From Okamejei kenojei (taxonomy: Eukaryota): 64,000 nucleotides of DNA. Shown in pieces: positions 13,415-25,899 of the stretch; position 1 is the first letter of the stretch, and each line of letters opens with the position of its first letter. The stretch lies in NCBI GenBank assembly GCA_035221665.1, contig CM069141.1, positions 60,884,001-60,948,000 on the forward strand, read 5' to 3'. The translations under genes and the position numbers were made by a program. The notes beneath the pieces were generated by a model. That model was not told where the DNA came from. It worked only from the letters and a program-made list of their open reading frames with translations, and made no database searches.

Positions 13415-14430
13415 ATGATAGGAGCAGAATTAGGCCATTCAGCCCATCAAGTCTACTCTGGCATTCAATCATGGCTGATCTATCTCTCCCTCCGAACACC
13501 ATTCTCCTGCCTTCTCCCCATAACAATAGGCAATAGGTGCAGGAGTAGGCCATTCAGCCCTTCAAACCAGCACTGCCATTCAATGTGATCATGGCTGATC
13601 ATCCACAATCAGTAGCCCGTTCCTGCCATCTCCCCATATCCCCTGACTCCGCTATCTTTAAGAGCCTTATCTAGCTCTCTCTTGAAAGTATCCAGAGAAC
13701 CGGCCTCCACCACCCTCTGAGGCAGAGAATTCCACAGACTCATAACTCTTTGTGCGAAAAAGTTTTTCCTCATCTACGTTCTAAATGGCTTACCCCTTAT
13801 TCCTAAACTGTGGCCCCTGGTTCTGGACACCCGCAACATCGGGAACATGTTTCCTGCCTCTAGCGTGTTCAAACCCTTAATACTCTTATATATTTCAATA
13901 AGATTCCCTCTCATCCTTCTAAATTCCAGAGTATACAAGCCCAGCTGCTCCATTGTCTCAGCACATGACAGTCCCGCCATCCCGGAAATTAACCTTGTAA
14001 ACCTACGCTGTAAACCTAAAACTCCCTCATTAGCAAGAATGTCCTTCCTCAAATTTGGAGACCAAAACTGCACACAATACTCACTGGGGCCCTGTAAAAC
14101 TGCATACCAACATGCCTTTTGCTTTCTTCAGTGCCTGCTGTACCTGCATGCTTGCTTTCATTGATTGATGAACAAGGACCCCCAGATGCCGTTGTACCTT
14201 CCCCTTTTCCCAATTTGACACCATTTAGATAATAATCTTCGTTCCAGTTTTTGTTATCAAAGTGGATAACCTCACATTTATCCACATTAAACTGCATCTG
14301 CCATGCATCTGCCCACTCACCCAACCTGTCCAAGTCACGCTGCATTCTCATAGCATCCTCCTCACACTTCACACTGCCACGCAGCTTTGTGTCATCTGCA
14401 AATTTGCTAATGTTATTTGTAATCCCTTTG
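13415..14430 (-). mobile_element. Young 5'-truncated CR1/HER1 LINE (13525-14430) abutting a second CR1 3' stub (13415-13524)
   Basis: ISKFADDTKL, then ORFs 14049-14372 (MQRDLDRLGEWADAWQMQFNVDKCEVIHF) and 13774-14073 (QFWSPNLRKDI..QRRFTRLI..LEFRRMRGNLIEIYK). The 3' end is gaatggcctactcctgcacctattgcctattg. Confidence 0.93.
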
Positions 14431-14431
14431 T

Positions 14432-15442
14432 AACGTCAGCAGCATATGGCACCAATATTGCCACGGGCCGGTTCAAACTCCACGGCCCGGGGCGGTCGAA
14501 GCTGCCGCCCTCCAGTCCAGCGGACGAAGTTGTTGCCGCGGGAGCTCCGGAAACACAGGTCACCAACCTGTGACCTGCGAGCTCCCAACGGTGTCGTCCA
14601 CTGGCCCACGCCCAGCCTCCGAGTCGGGCCGCTCTGCCAGAACACCACCTCAGCCCTGAGTCGACCAGCTCCACCGGAAAACCGCCTCAGCCGCGAGTCG
14701 GAACGCCGCCACAGCCCCGAAGACAGAGACAGAAGCAAAGATCATAATCTTTGGGCGGAAGCAAGATGGCGGAAGCAAGATGGCGGAAGCAAGATGGCGG
14801 AAGCTGGTTGCTGAAATGGGTCCTATAATTACCCATGAATCTGCCCATGATCGTACTACGCGTTTTTCGTGGGAGTAGGCCATCTTGCTCTGCTATAGGA
14901 TCTTTGATGGTAAGTCCCGCAGCCGTTAAGCCGTGCCGGGCATTGTTAGGCCCCGCTCCTAGTAATTTAACCCCGCAATTCCGGCGGGTGAAGTTGCTGT
15001 TGCAGGAGCTCCGAAAAGCGGTCTCCCACCAGGGACCTGCGAGCTCCCGATGTTCCTGTCCACCGGGCCTGCGGCCGGAGCCTCCGAAGCTCCGAAGTCC
15101 GGTCGCAGCCATGCTCCACCACAGCTCTTCCTGTTCCGAAGTCGGCCAGCTCCGCGATTGCAGGTCCGCAGGCTCCGCGACTGGAGCCCTGGGGTTGGTT
15201 CTGGCCGGAGGCCGCCGCCAGCTCCGCGATGTTAGGCCCAACGACATCGGAGACCCGACAGGGAAAAAGTCGGGTCCCTGTACAGGGAAGAGATTAAACG
15301 GTTTCCCCCACCCCCACCCCGACGCATATACACAGCTAAAAAAATAATAAAAACTAGAATCAAAACATACATTTAACGAGACAAAAAAATTCTAAAAAGA
15401 CAGACGGACTGCAGTCGAGCCGCTGCCGTTAGGCGCTGCCAC
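14432..15442 (-). mobile_element. GC/CpG-rich non-coding interspersed element of unclear class
   Basis: Abrupt GC-rich block with recurring (g)agctcc(g) modules. It shares aacatcg[c/t]ggagct with the element at 22843-23410. Orientation is inferred from that shared motif. Confidence 0.6.
14736..14906. mobile_element. Small MITE-like insert containing a 14-bp tandem repeat
   Basis: Ends caaagatc / gatctttg, with sub-terminal inverted agcaagatggc / gccatcttgct. Internal (ggcggaagcaagat) x3.6 at 14754-14804. Confidence 0.55.
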
Positions 15443-16263
15443 ACCACATAGTTCTTTCTTGATTGATGATATTTCTTAGAACCTCTGTCTTTGACCAAGT
15501 ACAGGTAGTTCTTCTGTAACAAAAAATGAATGTTTTTCGTATTATGTGGCCAAATTGGTTTTAAGCGATTTCAATCACTGATTGGAGAACCACTTAGGAG
15601 TTACTTCGGAAATTGACAAACAGTTAAAAAAAAAAACTTTCTTGGAGAAAAAAAACACTCTTGGGAAAAATAAATTGTTTTTATGTAACCTTCTTGTTGT
15701 ATTCGGACACCATTGTCTCTGAAAGATATAGTCTATCAGTTTCGCCCCAGGAAGCTATTGAAATTGACAAGCAATTACTTTTATCGATACTCTAGCAATG
15801 AATTATTAAACATTCTGTTGTATTTTTAGCTTGCAGTAACAAAAATAAACGCAACATTCTCAAAAAGACCATCATTTCGTTAAAACAAGGTTTTTATTGC
15901 GTCTGAAACTTTTTAGTCCCCAAAGCTCTTATTCCTCATTTTGTTTTTGTTTTGTTAACACAATTTTCATTAACACAGATTTCTAAAGAATTCAACGATA
16001 AACTTATAGCAGAACAACCCATCTTCATTCACCAGTACAGATATATAGTAAGTTCATTGATTAGCTTGGTGTCATATTTTGTGGGACCTTGAACATAGAC
16101 CTTGAACATACAGTTTACAGTATTACTTTGAACCTTGGTCAAATTGACCATTATTTATTGCTGGACATCATGGTGACATTCACTTCTCAACTGACATCTG
16201 AAAATAAATGGCCTAGGTGAGATATCAGAGTGCAGTTCTTTGAATCAATTCCTCGATAAGTAA

Positions 16264-17009
16264 TGGGCCTGTCCCACTTAGGCGACATTTTAGGCAACTG
16301 CAGAAGACTCTGCGGTCACCACATGTTCGCGGGTGGTTGTCGAGGAGTCATCTTCATGGTCGTGAGGAGTTCCCGCATTCTGGGAATGTTGAAAAATAAG
16401 CGGCGACCAGAATGAAGCCGCCATGGGGAGTAGCAAGAATTTTCTTGCCATAGATAGGTAACCAGGAGGTCCTAGTGGGTTTGCAGGAGGTCGTAGGTTC
16501 TCGAGGGTTGTAGCCGGTGCTGACCGGTGAATTTCACTGGCTCATTGGGGGAAAAAAACGTAAGCGGTAGTTTCCATAACCAAGGATAACCGACCAGTAA
16601 TGTTCAATGTCCGCAGAGCTTCACACCATGTATCTCTGGCTTCTTAAAAGTTCTCTCCACTCCTTCTCCCTCCTTCTCTCCCTTCTCCCCCTTCTCCACC
16701 CCCATCCCCCCTCTTTTAAAGGGCTTACCGTTCACTGTGCTTTCACCGTCTTAATTACAGCGCCAACCTTCCTGTTCATCGCGGTGTGCGTCTGTATCAC
16801 CTTGGCTTTGCACCGTGTGAATTTCATTCAGATAGCGCGCCCCCGCTTGTCCTGTCCCCCGCCTGCATAACGGGCTGGTGAAGGAAGCGATGTGTGTGTG
16901 TGTGTTCCACTCTGACAGTCGCCGTTCCAGTTGCCGGTTTTTCAGGCGACTGCCGGCAACTTGACAGTTGCCGGCGGTCACCTGAAAAATCACCCGTGGA
17001 ACAGGCCCA
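16264..17009. mobile_element. PIF/Harbinger non-autonomous DNA transposon (MITE)
   Basis: TIRs tgggcctgtcccac / gtggaacaggccca with sub-terminal ttttaggcaactgc-type repeats. 3-bp TAA target duplication at 16261-16263 and 17010-17012. Confidence 0.85.
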
Positions 17010-17804
17010 TAAGTGTCAGCACTTCAGTGAGGAGAGAATGATTTTTTTTTGAAAGCTTGAATGAAGTTAATTAAAATTAAATTGATTAACATTCATTTTC
17101 ATTATGGATCTGGGAAAAGCACTGGAAGAAATCACTGACTAATCAGTTCCAAGTGCTTTTCTGAACTATACTGTGGAGCAGCTGTCTGATTACCCATTCT
17201 AGACCATCGCTTCTTGTGGTTCTGAAGGAGAATTGCAGAGTCATGTGTTATCATTCAGATGCAATGTTAAATTGAGTTTCCACCCATCTGAAATGCTATC
17301 ACTGCATTAGTTTGAAGGAAAACAATGCCATTCTCCCCACTGTCCTCAACCGAGACTTTCAAAACTAATTATGGATTAGTTTTTGTAGGACTCACCCGAT
17401 GTGCACATTCAGTTCCATGGTATAGAAATTCAAATGCACCTAAATGGGTGTGTTAAGTGGGTGACAGAGTGGGCCGCTAACAACCAAGTAGAAGACTCCA
17501 GCCACTGTATAGTTTGATTGCTCCCAAAGCTTTGTGCACATGTAAATGGGCACTGCACAATTTTGGGAATAAAAAGGTAGATCCCCGGTAGACAGGTTTG
17601 TGCAGGGTGGAGATTGGTGTGAGCTTACACTGCGGTCAGGAAGGAGTGGGGGAGATGGGCCATATTCAAGAGGGTGTGGGTCGGAAGAATGATGGTTTAG
17701 GATTGAGGTAATTAACAGGTGGAGGAGTTAGAGACTAGGGCCTAAAGTGATTGCAGCCATGATTGGGGCCTTTACTTCTAGTCAGGGAGTCTGCAGCAAG
17801 ACTG

Positions 17805-18245
17805 GCTTCAGGTTCAAGAGGCAAGATTCAGGAGTTGAGTGTTAAGTGTTGCATGTATCAAAAAACAGAACAACAAAATTCTTACTTGCTGCAACCTAAA
17901 AGGTTTGTAAACATAGTACTCATGGATAATATAATAAAGGAAACAAAAATCAATAAATTAAACAGACCTGTGTTAGTACAAATATAGCCCAAAGTCCCTA
18001 GTGCAACCAAGGCAGTTTATAGTTCATAGTATAGGTGGTGTTTGTAGTGTTCAGGAACCTGATGATTGTTGGGACAAAGCTGTTCCTGCACATGGAGGTC
18101 ACGGTTTCTCGACTCCTATATCTTCTCCCAGGAGTGAAATAAGAGTATGGCCAGGATGGTGTGGGTCCTTGGTGATGCTGGCTGCCTTTTTGATTGATCC
18201 CTTCGATGGAGGGGAGGTCAGTACCCGTGATGGACCGGGCAGGGT
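17805..18245 (-). mobile_element. Rex1/Babar-like LINE 3' fragment
   Basis: IKKAASITKDPHHPGHTLISLL is followed in another frame by a RNSF-type end, typical of the Rex1 ORF C-terminus. Confidence 0.75.
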
Positions 18246-19200
18246 TGAGGGAGAGGGCTGGAACAGGGGATAAGTGGAGTTATCCATTTGATAGTGGTTT
18301 CCACTCCAGCATTGTCCTGTCAGTTACTGTCCATCTTTGAGCTTAGCTTTATGATGGAATTGGGAGCCGATCTAATTTTTCTTTACCTTTTCTTGCTTCA
18401 CCTGCCCGATTTATGATTATTCCTTTGTTTCTTGCTTTACTCGTTCTCTCAACATTGTGTTCTGCACAACTGCATTCAGCATAAATTTTGTGTGTATGTG
18501 TGTTTATGTATGTATGGGTTTATGTGAGTGTGAGAGTGCATGTGCGAGTATGGTTTCAGAGCTGAGGCCCAGGGGACAGAAAATGGTTTCATTATGTCCT
18601 GGTAACTGAAGGAGTTTAAAGGATTCTGCTGCGGGAAGGTCGGAGGTTGCGGTGGGTTAGTGGAGAAAGGATTTCAATCGTGTCATGGGAACTGGTCACA
18701 CCAAGGAGGTTGATTATAGGGAGAGTGGGTCAGTGCCAGAGTTCAAGAGAACATAAGATTATCAACACACACAGGCCATGGCAGCATTTCATGATAAAGA
18801 GTCATTTTCCTTGTGACAGGTCTGACTCTGGTCATAGTCGAGCTGAGTCTTTGGTTGGTACCAGATTATTTTTGCATCAGATTTATACTTTGGTTAATTT
18901 CACTGCAGAGTAAATAGACTCAGAATTAAAAACAACAAAAAAAAATGTCAGTAATTTGTCACCATGGAAATTACAGGAAATTACCTTGCAAAAATTAGGG
19001 GAGCCCATTTTCAAACAGTTTCTGTTTCCTGCAACAAATAATCTGCTGAAGGAATTCTTCAGGTTAAGCAGCATCTGTGGGAAGAAAGGAGTCGTCAAAA
19101 TTTTGGGTCTAAACCCTGCATCGGGACTGGTGTAGAATTTCAAACATCAACAATTCTCCACACATACTGCCGGATTTAGTTCCTCCAACAGATTGTTGTG

Positions 19201-19670
19201 AAGATAGACAAAATGCCGGAGTAACTCTGCAGGACAGACCAACATCTCTGGATAGAAGGAAAAGCACCTCATATTTCGCTTGGGTAGCTTACTCCCCAGC
19301 GGTATAAATATTGACATTTCTAACATCAAGTAACCCTTGTTTTCCTTCTCTCTCCATCTCTCCACCTTCCCGGTTCTCCAACCAGTCTGACTGTCCCTGA
19401 TTACATTTGCTTTGTTGTCACATTCTCCTAACTAACAATGATCTATTCTACATTTTCCTTGACTTTCATCCCCTTTGGCGTCTCGTTCTCACACCTTACA
19501 CTTCCTTATTTCTGTGCCTCGCTCTCCCCTCACTTTCAGTCTGAAAAAGAGTCTCGACCCGAAATGTCACCCATTCCTCTATCCAGAGATGCTGCCTGTT
19601 GCACTGAGTAACTCCAGTAATTTATGTCTATCTTCGGTGTAAATAAGCATCTGCAATTCCTTCCTACATA
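19201..19670 (+). mobile_element. Penelope-like element 3' end with inverted 5' arm, GIY-YIG C-terminus and decayed hammerhead motif
   Basis: Inverted arm at 19201-19260, then HLIFRLGSLLPSGINIDISNIK*, then ctgaaaaagagtctcgacccgaaatgtc at 19541, then the tail gcatctgcaattccttcctaca. Confidence 0.85.
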
Positions 19671-21904
19671 GATTGCTTGTTGCTCCAGATTCCACCATCG
19701 ATAGGCTATTGTGACTCAATTTTCTGTTTCTTTCCTCCCCTACTATGTACACTTCTATTTATTCCTACACCTTCTTCCTTATATGTGCTTGTCCTATCCT
19801 GATCCATGGATCCTCGACTCTGCTAACCAACCAATATCTCCCACACATCTTTCACTTTAATTTCCACTCGATTAGAACTTGCCTGAATTTCTATTGGCTA
19901 TTTCTTACTCTGCTTTCTTCACGTCAATTTCCCTTGTAGTAAGTTAAGTTAAGGACACTAAGTTGAGGCTCTGTGAGCACATCAGGCTAGTAAATGGGAC
20001 ATTTGGGTTTCCCTTTGCCATGGGTTGTTTGTAGTGCACCATCTTATATTCTCCTATTTCAAAACGTGCTCATGTAGTGTCACAGGAATGAGTGTATAAG
20101 GTAGTAATTTGGTAGCAAAGTGAATAGTCTACGCAAGGGTTGTTTCCAGTGCAGACTGAAGAACATTGAGTGGCATTCCCCTACAATGTCATTTGAAGAA
20201 GGATGAAACATATAATCAGCTGCTCTCCATTTAGATTGGACATAGTGTGTTTCTGAGACAGCTACACCATCAAAATGGCATTGAAGAATGAAGTTCATGC
20301 ATAATGCACCCTTTCTACTAGGCAATGATATAGCCACTGAAAAATACTAAAGTGCTGATGTCCTGTCACATGTTTAATTAACTTTGCCTTGGAAATTTAA
20401 GAAAAGAATAGTTTAAACATTGTTTTTTTTCCTCTTAGACTTTCATCAGTTAGACATAGGTTATTTAATTAGAGTAGCCAAGATATGCAGGGAGATTCAC
20501 CTGCATCATGGAGGTTGCAACTGGCAACGTTCATCCACCACATGGAGTGGGTGGCTTGTTGGAATAATAGCAATAAATGGACTGCTATTGTTATTTTACT
20601 TACAGAGAGTAAAAAGAATGGAACATGGAACAAAGAGATTTGATCAGGATATTGAGTAACTGGAGAACGAGGGAGAGCGGTTTGCACTCCTTATTGAGCA
20701 TAAATTGTAAACTGATAGATAAAATAGACGATTTTTTTGGTAAGCAAAAAAATCCTGGTGTGTTGAAGTGAAATCCCTTCAAGTAAACAATGATTATGGC
20801 TGGCACCCTTTCTAATGCTCTTACCCCTCCCACACTCCTTGCAGATTTTTCCTAGTTTTAATACCATTGTTACAGATCCCACATTTGTGGATTGCAGGAT
20901 GGAATCTGCAAGCTATTTCTTAATAAGTAGTTTATTTTTATTGAAGAAAGAAAGTTGAAGGAGCCTCATTGATTGGAAAGTTGTTCTCGGTGTCCATTAT
21001 TTTGTATTTGGATAGATTGGGGGAGCGGGTGTGCTTAGTGGGACCCTATGTCTTATCCCTGAGGCACACTATGGATCAACGCCAAATAGAAATCCTTAAT
21101 CTCGTGTTCAGTGCAAAAGTTAGAGTAACAGGTAGAATGTAGGCAGAATTTGTGAATGATAACATAATCAGGTAATATCTAGTTGTCCATTTACAATTAC
21201 ATTCTATTTGCTTCCGAAAGGACCTTGTGCAAGTTGCAGAGGTGAAATATCCGTGAGTTCCAGTTACTGAGCATTGCATTGCTGCAAACGACATTGACAG
21301 CATATCTGCTGATCACTTCATTTAGATTCCGGCTACTGTTTCCCTTAGTTTGCGGCCAACCATGGGCCAAGATGCGGTTGGCTGAGCAATCACTTTAATA
21401 ACTCTCCCTTCAAGTGATCATTTTAGCTCAATACTAGTTAGCAGAGAAACGACGGGGGCTAAAATGAAGATGGCACAAATCCAGTGCAGGGCTGGGCTGT
21501 CAATTCAATGTGCTGTTACTTTGCCTGGTATTCTTCTGCTACTTATTTTATTGCCAGTTCTGTGCTTAAAAAAAAAATCCCATCATGTAATCATTGGCCA
21601 TGTTATTACAGGCTTGGGACTATTTACAGGATGCACCAAATTAAAAGTGTTAATTTTAGCTTTTGACTTAGACAAACTAAACTTGGCCTTTTCTGGAGAT
21701 ATCATGGTGACTCTCCCCCTACTGGTATTTTACTAATCCAATCCCCACCAGATATAGGGAATGGTGGAATGAAGAATGCATGTTGGAGAACATAAAGAGA
21801 GCAGGTGCATTACTATCGCTGTAAGTCAGAGGGTGGCAGGGAGAGCGGGGGTTCTTACATCAAGGGAGCTACATTAGCTGAGATGATAACTTGGACTTAG
21901 CAAT

Positions 21905-22207
21905 AAGACTCTTGGTCCCCAGTCAGAGGCTCATGCAGTCAACCTTCAGTTCCAGACTTGAACACAAAATCCAAGAAGATATTTGGGCAGGAGCTTCTGC
22001 TAGCACCCTGGCCAACAACAATACCTCCTTTAATCTTGCTACTGAAATCTTATCATTTAATCTCTTTGCTGCCTGTGAGTTTTTGCCTTGCAAGAATTCA
22101 TCGCCATTTCCCAGCATAGTTCTTGGTGAGTAGCTGAATGGCAGTGACAAGTGCTTTGACAAATTCTGAATTTACTCAGAGCACGCATAAATGAAAGTCC
22201 TTTCTTA
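21905..22207 (+). mobile_element. Old Deu-domain SINE (SacSINE1-like)
   Basis: gacttgaacacaaaatccaag..ccctggccaac..tttgctgcctgtgag..gtgctttg..ataaatgaaagtcctttctt follows the DeuSINE layout. Confidence 0.55.
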
Positions 22208-22784
22208 ATTCTACATGATGGTGGAATTCACGGAGAGAATCTCCCCTATGTATTTAACTACCACTGGCATCCATGTCTGAGCCCGAGTCTCAGTTTTATA
22301 ATTTGTTTCCTACAAGTTCACTAAAAAGCAGAAGCAAAGAATAATTGAAACATCAGAAGACAGCTTACAGATTGTACCCTGGTATCAGTCTCCCACAACC
22401 ACAGAAAAATATGACTAACTCCAGCCATTTGCTTCATCAGACTTTCATGACTAGGATAAATGATTGTTCTTTTGAGATGAAGCCAGATGTAATGAGATAA
22501 TATCAAAAGCGAGCATTGAATGTGAAATGAGTAACTTCAGGCAAGTTTTAATAACAATAAGTTAATGGAGCATTTCAATTCACTGACGACTCTGTAGATC
22601 TCTGAGTTGCATTTTAGATGATTGTGAATCACAAAGCTCTTTCCACCATCTATAATTGCAGCTCCTCTAATTATTGTACTGTTACGCAGAGTAGCAATTG
22701 ATTTTTGCATTTCTTGGTTGGCAATGTGCTAATTACAATCTTGAGGCGGAAAACTGCGATTTTGTTTAAATGCACCATGCACGG

Positions 22785-23645
22785 GTGACAGAGTGGTGCA
22801 GCAGGGAGTGCTATCACCTCACAGTTCCAAGAACCCAGGTACGCACTGGAGTCACTGCGGAGTGGGCGATGCCTACCTGGGTTGCCGTGGGTGCTCCAGA
22901 GCGTTGGGCCGCTGCTCCAACATCGTGGAGCTCTGGTTTAGAGAGCTCCCAACGCGGGCGGCGCTGACTGTCATCGCGGAGTCCTGGGGCCCTTTGCCGA
23001 GGGCCTCCAGCGTTGCATCTCCACCCGGCGCGGCCAGTGGACTTTGGGAGCCGCGGACTCCGGTAGGAGGGGGCCGACTCGGTGTCCAGGCTGCTGAGGA
23101 CGTCCCCCAGCCCCGACATCGGACTTACATCATATCGGGGAGCGGGCCTGAACATCGGGCCGCCCGTAGCGACGACAGCGGAGGGCTCGGGGAGGCCCTG
23201 ACCACGGGTGAACATTGGGGAGCATCGGGAAGAGACTGACTTTGGTGCCTTCCCTCATGGTGGGAAATTTTGATCCTGCTGTGAGGGGATGTTTTATGTT
23301 GAATTTCTGTCTACTCTGTGTAGTGTACTTTATTTTTGGCTGTAAGGTGACTTCATTTCACTGTGCCAATTGGTACATGTGACAAATAAAATCTATCTGT
23401 ATCTGTATCTGACCTTAGACCAATGCTGTCTGTGTGGCGTTTACATGAGCCTCTGGGTACTATGTAGTTATCCTCGGATAGTTTGGTTTCTCCCCACACC
23501 CCAATGTCGTGCTGGCTGGTGTGTTAATTGACCACTGTAATTTACAAGAACAGAAGTGAATATAAACAGGATTAGGAATGTAACCAATGAGGTTACTCTG
23601 CGAGGAGCTGGCATGAATCCGCTGGGGCAATGGCCTTCATATTTA
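22785..23645 (+). mobile_element. Old V-SINE split in its B-box by a younger insertion
   Basis: Head gggtgacagagtggtgcagc..cctcacagttccaagaacccaggt at 22785-22840. The body resumes at about 23411 with gacc..tgctgtctgtgtgg..tttggtttctccccacacccc. Confidence 0.7.
22843..23410 (+). mobile_element. GC-rich non-autonomous retroelement with a Rex1/Babar-type 3' tail
   Basis: CpG-rich non-coding body ending in atttcactgtgccaattggtacatgtgacaaataaa plus a (tatctg)n tail. Confidence 0.7.
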
Positions 23646-24784
23646 GCCTCCAGCAACAAAGTTGAACGTCTGATTTTTACTCTTGTCATAGAGTTAATGA
23701 AATGTACATTTTAAAATTGAGTTTGTGCAACAGTAATTGTGAATGTTTCTTTAAATGCCTGATGTAATTTAAGACACTGGATTGAAAACTAAGGAAAACC
23801 ATTTTTTTAATAATGCACTACCCTCTGTCACAGGACAGAAAATGATACTCATTCATATGGTTAGCAATCATCCATTTAAGCTTGCAGGATTCAATGCAGC
23901 TAATGTACCAAGTCATTTTGTATGCAATACTGGTGTGCATATGTAAAATTACAATGGGCAGGAAAAGCTCCTCTGCAGTGTCATTCAATTGTGACTCATT
24001 TTTCAACCAACTTCTAGACATTGCCACTGTCCACAATTCCCTCGAATCTGCTTGGCTTTGCAAAAATCAGGGAGGCTCATTTTCAAACATTTTCTATTTC
24101 CAGCAACAAATAACCTACTGGAGGAAATCACCAGGTTCAGCAGTATCTGTGGGGAGAAAATAATTGTTGACACTTTGGGTCTCAATCCTGCATCAGGACC
24201 AGTGCAGACCCCCCCAACCCCCACCCCCCACTGATACTGCTCAATCCTGCTGACCCAGCAGCAGATAGTTTGGTGCTCTACATTCCAGCATCTGTAGGCT
24301 CTTGTGTTCTGTTCCCTCTCTCACCCATTGTATGCATTTAATTTTCTCCCCACACCTCTTCCTTTTATGTGTTTGGCCAATCTTGATCCTTGATGCTACT
24401 AACCAACCAATATCTCCTTTTTCCTTTCATTTCTACTTGATAAAGACATGCCTGAATGAGAATTTATTTTGGCTATTTTTTACCCTGCCACCCATGCACC
24501 AATTCTCCCAGAGAAGGTAGTGGTACGCTGCCATCTTAAAGCACACACAAAGCTCTAATTTGTAACATACACGCCACAGATGGTTGTTTTCAGTGGAATG
24601 CTCAACCATGGTGACATCAAAACAAGATCGATTCTACCACACAACCTCCAACAGGTGACCCCTGTTACCTATTCTTATAGCACAGCCCATGGGTTGTACT
24701 AATGAAAACACTTTGTAAACTCAGTTGTTCCTCAGTTTATAGTTTTCTAATCATTCGATGTATTGAATTGATGAAAACATTTGG

Positions 24785-25175
24785 CCCATAGCCCTCCAAA
24801 CCCTTCCAATCCTTATATCTGTCCAAATATATTTTGAAAGTTCTAATTGTACCTGCTTTCTATACCTTCCTCTGGCATTTTGTTCCAGAATCTGACCACC
24901 CTTTGAGTGAAAAAGTTGCCCCTGAGGTCCTTCTTAAATTTCTCCAATCTCACCTTAACCTATGACTACTGAGGGGAAAAAATACCATGAGTGTTCACTT
25001 TATCCATGTCCCTCATTATTTTGTATGCATCAATAAGGTTATCCTGTTACTTTAGCCCGCAAGTTTAGGTAACATCCTCGTGAATCTCTTCTGCATCCTA
25101 TTCAATTAAATCACATCCTTTCGATTAATGGGTGACCAGAACTGCACACAGTACTTCAAGTATGGACTCACCAAT
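24785..25175 (-). mobile_element. CR1 LINE 3' fragment
   Basis: gaccagaactgcacacagtac (YCVQFWS on the minus strand) and accaccctttgagtgaaaaagttgcccct. Confidence 0.8.
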
Positions 25176-25899
25176 GAATAGTCCAATTAATCTACTAATC
25201 CACATGTTTTTGGAATGCAGCAGGAAAAAGGAGTACCAGGAGAAAAGCCTCGTGATCACAGAAAGAACACGCAAACTCTACGCAGCCAGCACCCAAGGCC
25301 ATTATCAATCCTTGGACAATGGACCTGTACCACTGCGTCCGATACATTTTTGATAGTCTGAATAATAATCTGTCTTCACATCCTTATTCCAGAAATGTAA
25401 ATCTCACCTGATGGCTCTCGACACATACCCTGCTGAGATCAGAAGACTTGAGTTACCTGATGCAGTGGAATGTTCACAATAGTCCTCATGTTTTAAAGCT
25501 CATCATCTTATTCACTCTCTCTTGAAGCACAGCCCAGCTCAAATAGCATCAGATGATTTGGTCACCCTGCCCGGATTGTTTCATTAACAATTGTTAACCT
25601 TGGCACACATGATTATCTGTTGTTATTTCCAATTCAGCTTAGAGAGTGAATACCATTGTGAATTAGTAAACACACGGAAAATATATTTACATATAAAAAC
25701 TATGTTCCCGAATGTTGAAATCCACATCTAAACGTTCCTGATAACATCTCAATTAATTTATATAGTACACAATATATAAATAACCTCACTTCTAAAATTA
25801 CCCCTGAACCAGTGGCACCTCTTAAAAGGGTATAAATGGGTTGCCCTTATTGTGCCACCTAATGTTGGAACCAAACTAAGAATAGAATGTAAAAAGAAT

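Noticed and set aside
14754-14804. Direct repeats as a CRISPR-like array
   Set aside because: Head-to-tail 14-mers with no spacers, in eukaryotic DNA with no cas genes.
14436-15347. Long overlapping ORFs (up to 186 aa) on both strands
   Set aside because: Stop-codon scarcity in GC-rich repeat DNA; R/A/G/P-rich translations with no motif.
22770-23239. 148-aa and 133-aa ORFs
   Set aside because: Chance ORFs inside a GC-rich retroposon.
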